Shown: positions 39,801 through 51,663, counted from the first letter of the whole stretch. The stretch: DNA of 63,653 nt, filler included, from 19 parts of 19 records of this genome joined end to end with filler, not necessarily neighbours in it, one strand, 5' to 3'. The notes: generated by a model not told the origin, from the sequence alone. A program made the numbers and translations.

Positions 39801-40603
39801 GTATGTGGTTCGAAGACCAAAATCAGCACTTTCACAATTATTGTAGTTTCCCGATGACCTCTGACATGAGGCTTGTGATCTGGTGCCATGTAACGGATGC
39901 GCTCGCAGATAGGGTTCAGGGAAGGTCACCGTGGATGCTGGTTGTTTTCTGCAGATGCATGTACTGGGATAGTGGAGGCAGTGAGACCAAGAGAAATCGC
40001 CAAATAAGGGAAAAAATCGCCAAGAACATTCTATGACAGAAANNNNNNNNNNNNNNNNNNNNNNNNNNNNNNNNNNNNNNNNNNNNTTAATTAATTAANN
40101 NNNNNNNNNNNNNNNNNNNNNNNNNNNNNNNNNNNNNNNNNNTGTGGTTATTCTTCAATCAAAACATCGTTGAGGAATGGGACTGGATGAAGAGTGAGAA
40201 TATGGTGTGCAGAAAAGGGAATAAGAGTCGACAGAAAGAAGAATGAGAACATCAGCATCATTCTCATTGAACCAGGTTACAAAAAAATGAAATGATTGAT
40301 CAGGTCAAATAGTGACAAAAAAGAATGCATGCAGGGATTTGCCACGATGCTGGGAAATCAGATTGGTCGAATATGAATCATGACCTTAAATCGATCGGAA
40401 TAAGAAATGATGAATGCAGGAAATAGGACTGATTAGGGAAAGAAAGAATCTGCATGGATGGGAAAGGGCGACGAAATTAGGTCTGATGTATGTATGGGAA
40501 ATGTGCGATTTCCGAGACATGTCTAATTCTCTTGCTTTCGCAAAAAATACTTCCTTTCGAACAAAGCAAGTCCATGGTCAGATTTCTTCTCAGGTGCACT
40601 TAC

Positions 40604-41432
40604 GAATGCTGGTAGAGCAACACGACAACATACACGTCACCACAGTTCACTTCATCCTTGTAGTCTGTGGCACGAATATGGGTCAAACCGCCATAACGCG
40701 CCTTGGCTGCCTTCTCCTTCATTTCGCGTATCCTTTGCTGGCTGGGAGGGACGGAGGGAGAAGGAGGGAAGGAGGGAGAAAGAGGGAGAAAGAACGAGAT
40801 AAATAGAGTGAGAGAGATGGATAAAGATAAATCATTTATCCAGAGCAAAGGCAACATAAAATATCGAAGTCAAAAGTCCAAAATCAAAACATTTCTTTCC
40901 CGTCTCAACAATTTCGAACGAGGAACATTTTTCCACATTCTTCTGTTATGATTGATACGAGAAGAAAGCTGATGCAAGTTCGGTCTAAGAGGACAATAGA
41001 AACCGCTATGTGTGTTCCGTGCAAGGTTCAAGATGAAGCGGATCGGGATCGGGTCTGAAAGCTTGATAGTCTTGATAATTATAGTAGTTTGAGAGAGAAA
41101 CGAACCGATAAGCCTCAAGCTCCTTCTCATCATCGCTGCCAAGGTCATCATCCATCATGTCATTCAATTGATCCAAACTCTTGTTCTTCAGAGGGTCATA
41201 GTTCTGAGCAGCTATAAATATTCAGCCATCGATTAGCATTCTGCGAAATGAAATTATTAATTCGAAATACCTTGTTCGGCAAGCTCTGCAATAGTATCTT
41301 GAGAGATCTCGACCTCCTTGGGGGGCTGAATACAGCGGAAGGTCAGCATTTCTACACTTATGAGAGAGAAGGGCATATTACCAAGTTGCCCATGCGACGC
41401 TGGATCGTCTCCCATTCAGTTTCACCCGACAT
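40604..41432 (-). CDS. PDCL3: Phosducin-like protein (PDCL2/PDCL3/Plp2), 5' part
   Basis: MSGETEWETIQRRMGNL|PPKE...LDQLNDMMDDDLGSDDEKELEAYR|QQRIREMKE...YGGLTHIRATDYKDEV...VVVLLY. Introns are 56, 59 and 364 nt. Confidence 0.9.
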
Positions 41433-41596
41433 TGTTTCGATAAATAAAGAGACGAAAAATGACTGATGACAGCAACACACGCGCCCTTTTATAACATCCC
41501 TTCGACCTGAAGATGACGTGTCAAAACAAGAACGACGTGACAGGAGGGCAGCCGAATTTACATTCTCTGGATTTGGTGCGATCGGACTCGATTTAG

Positions 41597-42711
41597 ATGG
41601 CCAAAACGAAGGAAATCGAGATTCCTTCAACTCGATTCGAGTCAGAAATCTATGATGAGGAGATAGGAGAAGAGATCCCTCTTTTGAGCCCAACCTCAAC
41701 GAATATTCGTGTTTTACCGCCGGTCGATCGGTACGGCGCTCGAAAGGACGATGTATTTTCATCTTTCTCACGTTGAGACTTCACCAGGGCTTTCCTCAAT
41801 GCGAGAAGGAAGCTCCTTATCTCATGTGTACTGTGCTCGATCTTCATGGTTGCCGAAATTATTGGAGGTTATCTCGCCGGGTCTCTCGCTATTATGACAG
41901 ACGCTGCTCACCTTCTTTCTGACCTTGCCTCCTTTGTGATCTCCTTGATCGCGTTAAGGTATGATCGGATATTCATTTCTGCACTTCTTTCTCGTCGCTC
42001 ATCTTTCAATGTTTCAGTGTTGCCCAGCTACCTGCCTCGCATAAGCTCTCTTATGGCTATGTGCGTGCCGAAGTTATTGGTGCACTGTTTTCTATTTTTA
42101 TTGTGTGGGTTTTGACTGGTAAGTAATTTCAACTTCTTCGAAAATCCCTGACCCCTGACACTCATTCTGCTCCTCACAATTCGAGTCGGGGAGAATCAAT
42201 CAATTTCCAGAATACTCGTGGCTCCTTATCATCCCGAGAGTAGATTTGTATCTTGATATGTTCATCTAGACAGGTTCTCGACTCCGATCCTTTAGCTATG
42301 CTTGGATAGAGATCAGAGTCGCTATATTTCCCTTTCAAACCACTTGTTTTTGTTTCTCTATCTCTTTATTTCACTGTGTGTTTCTCACTCCCCCATCCCC
42401 CACTTCCCAACACACACACAGCCTCATTCCTCATGTCTGTCTTTTCTCTTTTCCTCTCAGGTATTCTTGTGTATGAGGCTGTCCACCGAGTGCAGCATCC
42501 CGTCCCAGTGAATGGCAAACTGATGTTCATCATCGCCTCTGCTGGCTTGGGTATCAACATCCTGATGGGGCTAGTACTTGGCCACGGCCATAGCCATGGT
42601 CCTGGCGGTCACATCCATGAGGAGGAAGAGGAAGATCATACCAGCAAGAAGGAAAAGAAGAATAAACGTAGCGGGAAGCATGGCCACTCACATGGTTCCA
42701 AGCAGCATAAG
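41597..42711 (+). CDS. CDF-family zinc transporter (ZnT/SLC30, MTP-like), 5' part
   Basis: ARRKL...FMVAEIIGGYLAGSLAIMTDAAHLLSDL (HxxxD), SYGYVRAEVIGALFS and a His-rich loop GHGHSHGPGGHIH. Introns are 57, 59 and 342 nt. Confidence 0.93.
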
Positions 42712-43202
42712 GTTGGTTGCGAAATGTTTAGGCATTTTGCCTCCACGACGATCATTCTCGAACTATCTTNNNNNNNNNNNNNNNNNNNNNNNNNNNNNNN
42801 NNNNNNNNNNNNNTTAATTAATTAANNNNNNNNNNNNNNNNNNNNNNNNNNNNNNNNNNNNNNNNNNNNCAATTAAGGTAGAGCAGAGAGTGAGAGAAGG
42901 GTCGTCGTGGAGGGGGTCAGAGAAAGTGATACGCTAAATGGCAAATCCGAATCGTTTTCAGCTGATAATTAGTTCGAGACTGTCCTATTTCGGGTGTCAA
43001 AATCGAAGTCAATGATTCAATCAAGAGGATTTGTAATTCGATTCATTATTCTGATTTCGATAAGATACAGACAGTCCATTTCATTGTCGTTTTCAAAAAT
43101 CGAGATATCTGGGTCGTACGTCAAGTCTTTTTGAATATTAGGACTCTCACTTTCACAAATCACAAATATACAAAAAACAAAAAGTCTCAGCTGATAATAT
43201 AC

Positions 43203-44166
<964 letters not shown>

Positions 44167-44295
44167 TGTATGAAGTCATACAAGCTGTGAAAAGCAAGAT
44201 GGCGGGAAGGCAGAAAGAACACGTCTGATGTTTCAACATTCTCCTGACGAAATTTGGGGTTTTTTGAATTTTGACTGATTTCCTCTTGCTTTTTC

Positions 44296-45960
44296 ATGGC
44301 GTTCCAAGTCCCAAAACCAATTTTTAGATATAAATTCGATATTCTTGTACATGACTTGACTTTTGGCTGTGCTGCCGGTCAGGTGAATGAGGTATGCTAC
44401 TCTTGGATTCTGATCATGTAATTTGCAACATCTAAAACATATATTTGCAGTTCACACAAGGAAATCAGCTGCAATTAGCCCTCAGCCGAAGTGGGAAGCG
44501 AACTCTCACACCGCCTGTAAGGTCTTCTTTCCACTTTGATTTCGATAAGTGCTGACATCTAATCCCAACCAAAGGCGTCGGTCGAAGCAAACTCGAATGT
44601 TGTGCGATGGAATCATACTCTGAGTATGAAAGCACAGTTCGCAAAAGATGAAGGAGCAGGTGTAGCTGGAAAACGGTACTTCCTCCCAGGATTCATGAAG
44701 AGGCCACCAGCCAGCTGATCAATTTTGTATATTTATTAGATATGACGTTTCTATTTATGTTGCGATGCCGAATCAAGGCAAATCTTTCCTCATTGGAACT
44801 GTTGGCATTGACTTCTCTGCCTTCACACTTGCTCATAACACCAAGAGAGAAATTGTTGTTAAAGTGCCTATGAAAACCCCTGATGAAAAGCGTCAAGTCG
44901 AGTCTGAGTTGAAATTGACTGTGACCAGCACTTGGTTGAAAAACCAAGCTGGTAATGATGAAGGTATTTGAACATCTAACTAGCTTGCGAGGAGTCTGGT
45001 TCTATTTTCTCTGAAAATCGTATTCTGACTTCCACTTTTTCTCTACAGATACCATGTCTATTTCCAGCTTTGTCACAAATACCTCTTTTGACTCTGTTGC
45101 GCCATCAGGTCCGTGTAATATCCCTGATCTCCCTCTGTATTTTGGCCCCGATCCATCTTGAACCGTTCATCCCTTCCGCATCTTTTCAAACGATACCGAA
45201 TGAGGAGAAGAAGTCTTACTTGAACTCATTTCATTTCGGTTTCTCCATTTGATATAACATACGTTCTAGCCTCCGCTTTGCACTGGATGTCGAACAGGAG
45301 TCATGGGAATCATGCTTCAACTCATCACCATTTCTATCTCTCTGCTTTGGAATAACAGAGGCGCGATCACATGCTCTTCACCGAATGTCCAGCGCGGTGA
45401 GCAGCCACACTCGTGATGAGACTATGAGTGAGGCCGGAGAAGCCCGCGAGAATAACGGTACGCTATTTGGAAATATATGGTCGGAAATTGATCGATCGGT
45501 CCTCGCTATGGCGATGGCTTCTAGTACTTGAGAGCATGATTGAAACCGAGGAAGCTCGCCAAACAATCGGATATTTTGATGAGTGGGTGAAAGGAATATC
45601 AGAATGACGAGGCATGCAAATGATGAGGATGATAAAAGTATGGGTGCTGATGATGACGATGGAAAAAAAACATGAACTGTGGTTCTTATTCACACCCTTT
45701 ACAGCATGCTCGTCATTGTAACCATTGGTGAGGCCGGCAAAATCGCGAAAACTACTCTCTGCGCACGTGGGGAGTTCAATTCGGATGGGATATGTAATCT
45801 GCTGTATTGATTGACCTGATTTCGTTGGCACTCTGTTTCCATTTATTATTTATTATTTTACAATACAGATGCGATTATTTCCAGTCTGCAAGCTGAAATT
45901 GACCGTGCTAGAGCTGAGCAGACCTCGGCGACGAAGGAGCTTGAGAAATTGCAGTTGCAG
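44296..45960 (+). CDS. NT-C2 (EEIG1/EHBP1-type) domain protein with coiled coil, 5' part
   Basis: YKFDILVHDL...VVRWNHTLSM...IGTVGIDFSAF...LKLTVTSTWLK...DE|DTMSISS, then the coiled coil IISSLQAEIDRARAEQ. Introns are 59, 58, 64, 85, 250 and 411 nt. Confidence 0.7.
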
Positions 45961-46114
45961 GTAGGCCTTCCCACACTCCACATACACTCACATTCTATCA
46001 TTTCCATTCAGACANNNNNNNNNNNNNNNNNNNNNNNNNNNNNNNNNNNNNNNNNNNNTTAATTAATTAANNNNNNNNNNNNNNNNNNNNNNNNNNNNNN
46101 NNNNNNNNNNNNNN

Positions 46115-46143
46115 GGTCCTGGGTTCGAGTCCCAGCGGGATCA
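46115..46143 (+). tRNA. 3' portion of a bacterial tRNA (probably Lys; anticodon not in the contig)
   Basis: T-arm CTGGG-TTCGAGT-CCCAG, then acceptor strand CGGGATC and discriminator A, directly followed by a terminator hairpin. Confidence 0.8.
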
Positions 46144-46145
46144 CG

Positions 46146-46181
46146 AAAAAGCCTTCAAAATTTAATTTTGAAGGCTTTTTT
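46146..46181. terminator. Bidirectional rho-independent terminator between the tRNA and ohr
   Basis: AAAAAGCCTTCAAAAT-TTA-ATTTTGAAGGCTTTTT, a perfect inverted repeat with A/T tails. Confidence 0.9.
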
Positions 46182-46208
46182 ATTGAATGTATCTTTTGAT
46201 TTTATTCA

Positions 46209-46634
46209 CTAATTTTCATTAGTAACCGTAAGTGTTACTTCGATATTTCCTCTTGTAGCATTTGAATAAGGACAAACTTGATGTGCTTGTTTTACAAGTT
46301 GTTCGGCTTGTGCTTGCTCAACGCCCGGAACATTGACAAATAATTCTACAGCTAATCCGAATCCACCGTTTTCAATTTTTCCGATACTTACTGCTGCTTT
46401 TACTGATGTTTCGCCTGTTGTAATTTTACCCATTTTAATCACCAATTTCAAAGCGCTATCGAAACAAGCTGAATATCCTGCCGCAAATAATTGTTCTGGA
46501 TTGGTGTAATTGTCATTTGCACCGCCCAATGCTTTTGGCATACGAACTTCTAAATCTAAAATACCGTCTGAACTTTTTACTTTACCATTTCTTCCACCAG
46601 TAGCAGTAGCTACGGCTGTATATAATTTTTCCAT
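46209..46634 (-). CDS. ohr: Organic hydroperoxide resistance protein Ohr
   Basis: Intronless, 141 aa. LYTAVATATGGRNG, TNPEQLFAAGYSACF and VCPYSNATRGNI contain both catalytic Cys. Confidence 0.97.
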   Translation of the reverse strand: MEKLYTAVATATGGRNGKVKSSDGILDLEVRMPKALGGANDNYTNPEQLFAAGYSACFDSALKLVIKMGKITTGETSVKAAVSIGKIENGGFGLAVELFVNVPGVEQAQAEQLVKQAHQVCPYSNATRGNIEVTLTVTNEN

Positions 46635-46657
46635 TTTTGTTTTTTTGTTGATTAATT

Positions 46658-47092
46658 TTAAATATTCTTTGATTCTTTTACTGCTAATATTCTATTGATT
46701 TGCGTTTTTAGCATGAAGTATTGCTCTTCGTCAGTTTCTAATTCTTTAATTAAAGCTTCTGGAATACTTGTGGCTTCTTGTTTTAACAAACGCCCTTTTT
46801 CAGTTATTTTAATATCAACCAATCTTTCATCATGTTCAGAACGGCTTTTGGTAACAAGTCCGCTCTCAATCATTCGTTTAAGTAATGGGGTTAGTGTACC
46901 ACTATCAAGCCATAATTTGTGTCCTAATTCTTTTACCGTTACTTGTTCATGTTCCCACAGTACCAACATCACTAAATATTGTGGATAGGTTAATCCGATT
47001 TTTTCAAGATGAGGTCGATACAATGAAGTAATATGCCTTGATAAGGCATAAACGGGAAAACATAATTGGTTTTCAAGTTTTAAGTTATCCAT
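46658..47092 (-). CDS. ohrR: MarR-family peroxide-sensing repressor OhrR
   Basis: LENQLCF...YRPHL..GLTYPQYLVMLVLWE...LDSGTLTPLLKR...DER; lies immediately upstream of ohr. Confidence 0.95.
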   Translation of the reverse strand: MDNLKLENQLCFPVYALSRHITSLYRPHLEKIGLTYPQYLVMLVLWEHEQVTVKELGHKLWLDSGTLTPLLKRMIESGLVTKSRSEHDERLVDIKITEKGRLLKQEATSIPEALIKELETDEEQYFMLKTQINRILAVKESKNI

Positions 47093-47111
47093 GCTTCAAT
47101 TATTTATTTTT

Positions 47112-47141
47112 CAAAATTAAATTGTACACAATTGAATTGCA
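47112..47141 (-). promoter_or_regulatory. Bacteroidota -7 promoter element plus adjacent OhrR operator
   Basis: TAATTTTG on the minus strand (47119-47112) fits TAnnTTTG. The adjacent CACAATT-G-AATTGCA (47127-47141) resembles the OhrR box TACAATT-N-AATTGTA. Confidence 0.7.
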
Positions 47142-47207
47142 AGCAAAATGACAAATATTTTTGATTCAATCAAAAATAATATTTTACAGGAATAAAATTG
47201 CTTTAAT

Positions 47208-47215
47208 TATCTTTG
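47208..47215 (+). promoter_or_regulatory. Bacteroidota -7 promoter element (TATCTTTG) for the kinase gene
   Basis: Matches TAnnTTTG, 26 nt upstream of the ATG at 47242. Confidence 0.65.
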
Positions 47216-47241
47216 CATCCCTTTTTCAAAATACTTCAACA

Positions 47242-48243
47242 ATGAACACAATTTTTCCGACCCAATATTCTACTGTTTCTACCAAAGCATTAGAACGATT
47301 TTTAAATGATCAATACGGTTTTAAAGAAATGTCGTGTCGTTTGCTAATTCGAAATGTAAGTGATACTTATTTGTTAGAAGGTGAATCGGAGAAATACATC
47401 TTTAAAATTTACAGAAATACACATAGAAGTCTGCCTGAAATTCAAGCTGAAGTTGAATTATTACATCATTTAAAACAGCAAGGAGCGAAAGTAGCTTTTC
47501 CTATTTTTGATAAACAGGGAAACGATATTCAATCATTTAATGTAGCTGAAGGTGTTAGATATGGAGTTTTGTTTACTTATGCTTTAGGAAAACCAGTTTA
47601 TGATTTGAATGAACACCAATTGCTGACTGTAGGGCGTGAAATGGCGATAAATCATAACATTAGTTCAAAAGTAACATTAAGCCATTTAAGAGAGACGCTA
47701 GATATCAATACTACATTACTGACGCCTTTAGAAGTAATTAAGCCAGCTTTTAAAGATTTGCCAGAAGAATACGAGTATTTAAGAGCAACAAGTGATAAAG
47801 TAATCGAAAAACTGGATGAGTTTGATACCACGAAATTTAGTTATGGCTATTGTCATTATGATTATTTACCTAAAAATTTCCATTTTGATGAAAACGACAA
47901 TATTACTTTTTTTGATTTCGATTTTGCTTCAAAAGGCTTCTTAGTCAATGATGTCATGACTTTTTTTGTACATTTTTTCTTTCACGTACATTTTAAAGCC
48001 ATTACTCAAGAACAAGCCGATAAAGATTTTGATACTTTTTTGAAGGGTTACCGAGAGAACAGAGAATTGTCGGATGAAGAAATTGCTACAATTCCTTACT
48101 TAGGATTTATGTTTTGGATGTATTACTTCAAATTTCAATTTGAGCATTTTGAAGATTGGTCGAACTACTTTTTCACGCCTAGATTTATCAAGGAAAGAGT
48201 AACGCTCATCAAGAAATGGACAGATTTGTATTGCAAGTTTTAA
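47242..48243 (+). CDS. APH/choline-kinase-like phosphotransferase (type II homoserine kinase family)
   Basis: CHYDYLPKNF (HxDxxxxN) and FFDFDF motifs. The likely start is MNTIFPTQYS at 47242, not the TTG at 47161. Confidence 0.88.
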   Translation: MNTIFPTQYSTVSTKALERFLNDQYGFKEMSCRLLIRNVSDTYLLEGESEKYIFKIYRNTHRSLPEIQAEVELLHHLKQQGAKVAFPIFDKQGNDIQSFNVAEGVRYGVLFTYALGKPVYDLNEHQLLTVGREMAINHNISSKVTLSHLRETLDINTTLLTPLEVIKPAFKDLPEEYEYLRATSDKVIEKLDEFDTTKFSYGYCHYDYLPKNFHFDENDNITFFDFDFASKGFLVNDVMTFFVHFFFHVHFKAITQEQADKDFDTFLKGYRENRELSDEEIATIPYLGFMFWMYYFKFQFEHFEDWSNYFFTPRFIKERVTLIKKWTDLYCKF

Positions 48244-48247
48244 AATT

Positions 48248-48286
48248 ATCTTGGAAAAAGGAGAAGTAACCCCCTTTTTCCAAGAT
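48248..48286. terminator. Inverted repeat/terminator between the converging kinase and thioredoxin genes
   Basis: ATCTTGGAAAAAGG...CCTTTTTCCAAGAT. Confidence 0.75.
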
Positions 48287-48293
48287 GTAATTC

Positions 48294-48473
48294 CTACAAA
48301 ATTTCTCTAATCGCTTGTTTAGCTTTCACTAAAGTAATCATTCCTGTATGGCGCCACTTTTGTTTGCCTTTTTTGAAAGCAATCAAAGTTGGTACAGCGG
48401 TGATATTATATTTTTTTCTCAAAGCTGGATTTTTATCAATGTCAATTTTTATAATTGAGATTTCTTCATCCAA
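48294..48473 (-). CDS. Thioredoxin, C-terminal half (not in the ORF track)
   Basis: LDEEISIIKIDIDKNPALRKKYNITAVPTLIAFKKGKQKWRHTG...EIL*, a Trx fold with the cis-Pro VPT motif. The CxxC is cut off by the contig end. Confidence 0.85.
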   Translation of the reverse strand: MDEEISIIKIDIDKNPALRKKYNITAVPTLIAFKKGKQKWRHTGMITLVKAKQAIREIL

Positions 48474-48573
48474 NNNNNNNNNNNNNNNNNNNNNNNNNNN
48501 NNNNNNNNNNNNNNNNNTTAATTAATTAANNNNNNNNNNNNNNNNNNNNNNNNNNNNNNNNNNNNNNNNNNNN

Positions 48574-49362
48574 TTTTCATTCTCACTTCAGAGGCCGAAT
48601 CAGACGAACATTTACCCCGATCTTTACCTGGATCTTTACCCGGATCTTTGACCCCCTTAATGGTAGGAAAAGGTCCAATGGATATTTCCTTTCGAACTCA
48701 TTATTCAAGCTCAAATATTGTCAAGCCATCCAATGAGGCAAACTCTGTAAGAATAGGGAGTGGGAAGGTTTCTGTGTGGGTATGGATGGTGGGAACAAAC
48801 CTTTCTCAGTCTTCGAATCTCACTTCGTAATACAGATACGGCCACCACATCTCCCTCTTCATCCCAGTCCATATCATGAGTACCTGTGGTCATGCCTGTG
48901 GTCACACTGGCATTGTCCCATTTCACTGTCTTTTTTCGATTGCGGATCAAGTCATCTTCAGATTTTCTGGTGAAGAGTGAATGAACGAGCGCCTATCATA
49001 AAGTGAAGAATAAAAAGCATGGAATTCATACCGGAGTTTCCGAGAAGACTCTAATAACTGACTTTGGACTTCCTCTTTGAGTTGAGCGCGCAAGCGGGCC
49101 AAGTCTCTCTTCTTTTCAACCTAAAAACAAGAAAGATGGGAAGATTGTATTAGATATTATGGGATATATCACACTATTTCATGCTGTGAAAGATGATTAT
49201 GCTTTGTAACAATGGCTCGGAAATCGATGCAACCCATTCGAGGTGACTGAGAAGTGGAAAAGGATCACTCACTGAGCGAACATTAAAGAGTACGGTAGAA
49301 TTGACATCATAATCATCATCATTACTCAGAAATGTCCGAGTATTCGGAATACTTCCAGTCAT
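48574..49362 (-). CDS. Hypothetical coiled-coil protein, 5' part
   Basis: MTGSIPNTRTF...NVRS|VEKKRDLARLRAQLKEEVQ...|KSEDDLIRNRKKTVKWD...RSEIRRLRK|. A 12-nt tandem repeat at ~48610-48650 reads KDPGKDPGKDRG. Confidence 0.5.
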
Positions 49363-49476
49363 TCTTCGATCGGCAATCTCTCAACGGTTCATTTGCAGGA
49401 GAAAGTCTTTTTGTTTACTCTCACTTTCCTTCCCCAATTCATCCTCGATCCCTGTGTGTTTTCACTCTCGGAAAAA

Positions 49477-51140
49477 ATGGATCACCTAGCAGAGGCCGCT
49501 TTCATTGCTGTTGGGACCATCATCATGTGGAAGGTGACCAGACCTCGCTCAGGTATTTTGTACCCTCAAATCTTTGAAGTGAAATCAACCGCGACATCAC
49601 TTAATCTTGATGCGGTCTTCAGCTGGGGAAAAGGTCACTAAGCCCGCTAAACCTGATCCAAATATTCAAATTTCTCCACCTTTGGAGAGCTTCTATGTGA
49701 ACTACGTTGGTCCCTTGGTCACTGTATGAACGTCACCAATTTATTTTCGCATCTTGAATTGATGTGATTTTGTTTTAGTTCTTGATGACTTCCATCCCTC
49801 CTGGCCCCAGGTTCCTCCCACTCCGCACTATCATTAATATCCAAAAGGGCGGTACTATGCTCTATGTGTTCTTCTTGATGAAATACTTCGACAACTTCTC
49901 GTAAGAATCTGGCTGCTAATTTTTCTGCCTGTTGTGCTTCCCCCTCTGATCATTCATCTTGCATATAGCATGTCTGCATATCTATACCTGTCTCTTCATG
50001 GAACCTATGGTCTGCTTTGGCTGCTTAAGGACCAGATTTTCCCTGACCCCGGCTGGGAGCAGGATGTGACTGTTCTATCCTATTTGAACGCCGCTGTCAG
50101 CGTGCTTGGGCCCTATTGGGTTGCAGGTTATCTTACTGTGTCTCGCCATGTTGAAATCTTGCCTTATCAGGTTGGTCTCTCACTGACCCCTTTTCTTGAC
50201 ATTCTCTCAACAACAAGCACCGATTGAGGTTTTTACTGTTCAATCTTGGGAGTATATCATAAGACTGAGTGATATACTCTCAAGTTTCAGTCACTATATG
50301 GCTCGCTTCTCTTGTTCTTGAAATTCACTCGCGAATCGACTTGTTCTCATTTTTACTCTCTTCGAGGATGTAGATGGCCATTGCGGTGACCGTGCACACT
50401 CTGGGCTGCGTCTTGATGATGGCCTCTGACTCCCAGAAGTACTTCACACTCAAGTAAGTCCAGATGCGAATTCATGGAGATACAAGCTGGGAAGACGAAT
50501 GAGGTTCATAGAAGTGAAATGCGGGTCATTGTTGGTTTTTTCTGTAACACGTCCCATTCGGAATCTAGTCTGTGAAGGCGGAATGAAGAACAAAACTCCT
50601 CTCCATCACTTAGATTATCACCGACGGAGGACACTTGAATTATCCCAAGGACCCTTGGGTCATTTATCAATGGTGTCACAGATTTTTGATGCTTGGCCGA
50701 ATAAGTCAGCACAACCCGTTGATTCATGAGGTGGACCGTTTCGTGGTTTGTCATCCCCGCCTCGTTCATGAACGGCAGTATAGTGGATGAATGAGTTCGT
50801 CCTTTGTATGTAATCAACCCTTCGTTACATTCCGAGGTCTAATCATCTCCGCACGTGTCATTTTTACTTATATGCATTCTCATCCACCACCATTGATTCT
50901 TCCAGCGCGTCAATGAAGACATGATGTCTTTCTATCTCTCTTGTTGTCTGTTATGAGCCTATTTTTTTGAGCTCTGATCAATCTTTTTGTGATGACTAGG
51001 TACAAGAAAGGTCTGATCTCGGAGGGTTGGTTCGCGCGCTGCCGTAACACCAACTATCTCGGCGAGATGATGTTGTATGGCACATACGCTTACGTGGCAC
51101 AGCACCCCGCCCCCTGGGCTATCCTCGCATACATCTGGGG
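49477..51140 (+). CDS. DUF1295 / steroid 5-alpha-reductase-like membrane protein (ICMT/PEMT clan), 3'-truncated
   Basis: IINIQKGGT...YLSLHGTYGLLWLLKDQIFPDPGWE...SDSQKYFTLK|YKKGLISEGWFARCRNTNYLGEMMLY. Introns are 70, 55, 68, 203, 546 and >420 nt. Confidence 0.85.
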
Positions 51141-51663
51141 GTACGTGCCACTATCACTATCACATCAATCACCAGATAGCAAAACTCTCAAACCTCCTTA
51201 CATCCACATTTCTCATTCTTTTCGTACGCTGACCACTTTCACAACCCTACACACAACGAATAGTCGAATGAGAAGGAACACGAAAAGTATCTCCACAGCC
51301 AGTCGGATCGATAGGGACTGAAACCTTCTTGGTCCTGTACTCACGAGGAGGAGCGCCCAGTGAGGAGAGGGCACTGGTTCTCCGAAGCACTGTCAAATTT
51401 CTCGACTTCCTGTGAACGACTGGGGGTCGTCCTCTTCTGCCAAATTCCCCTCAATAATGAACCAAGCTCTCCGCTCGAGTAGCCAGATCATTCCGCGCAA
51501 AACCACTTCAATCAAGCTCTTCAGGATTCTAGTAGGGCACGCGAGCTGTGACTCAGGCACCCCNNNNNNNNNNNNNNNNNNNNNNNNNNNNNNNNNNNNN
51601 NNNNNNNTTAATTAATTAANNNNNNNNNNNNNNNNNNNNNNNNNNNNNNNNNNNNNNNNNNNN

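Noticed and set aside
46115..48473. Lateral transfer of ohr/ohrR into the eukaryote
   Set aside because: Fully bacterial signals, no introns and no physical join to eukaryotic DNA. Co-binning is the simpler explanation.
48711..48950. MDWDEEGDVVAV resembles a WD40 segment of WDR19/IFT144
   Set aside because: The flanking exons are coiled-coil or low complexity, with no other WD40 repeats. Likely coincidence.
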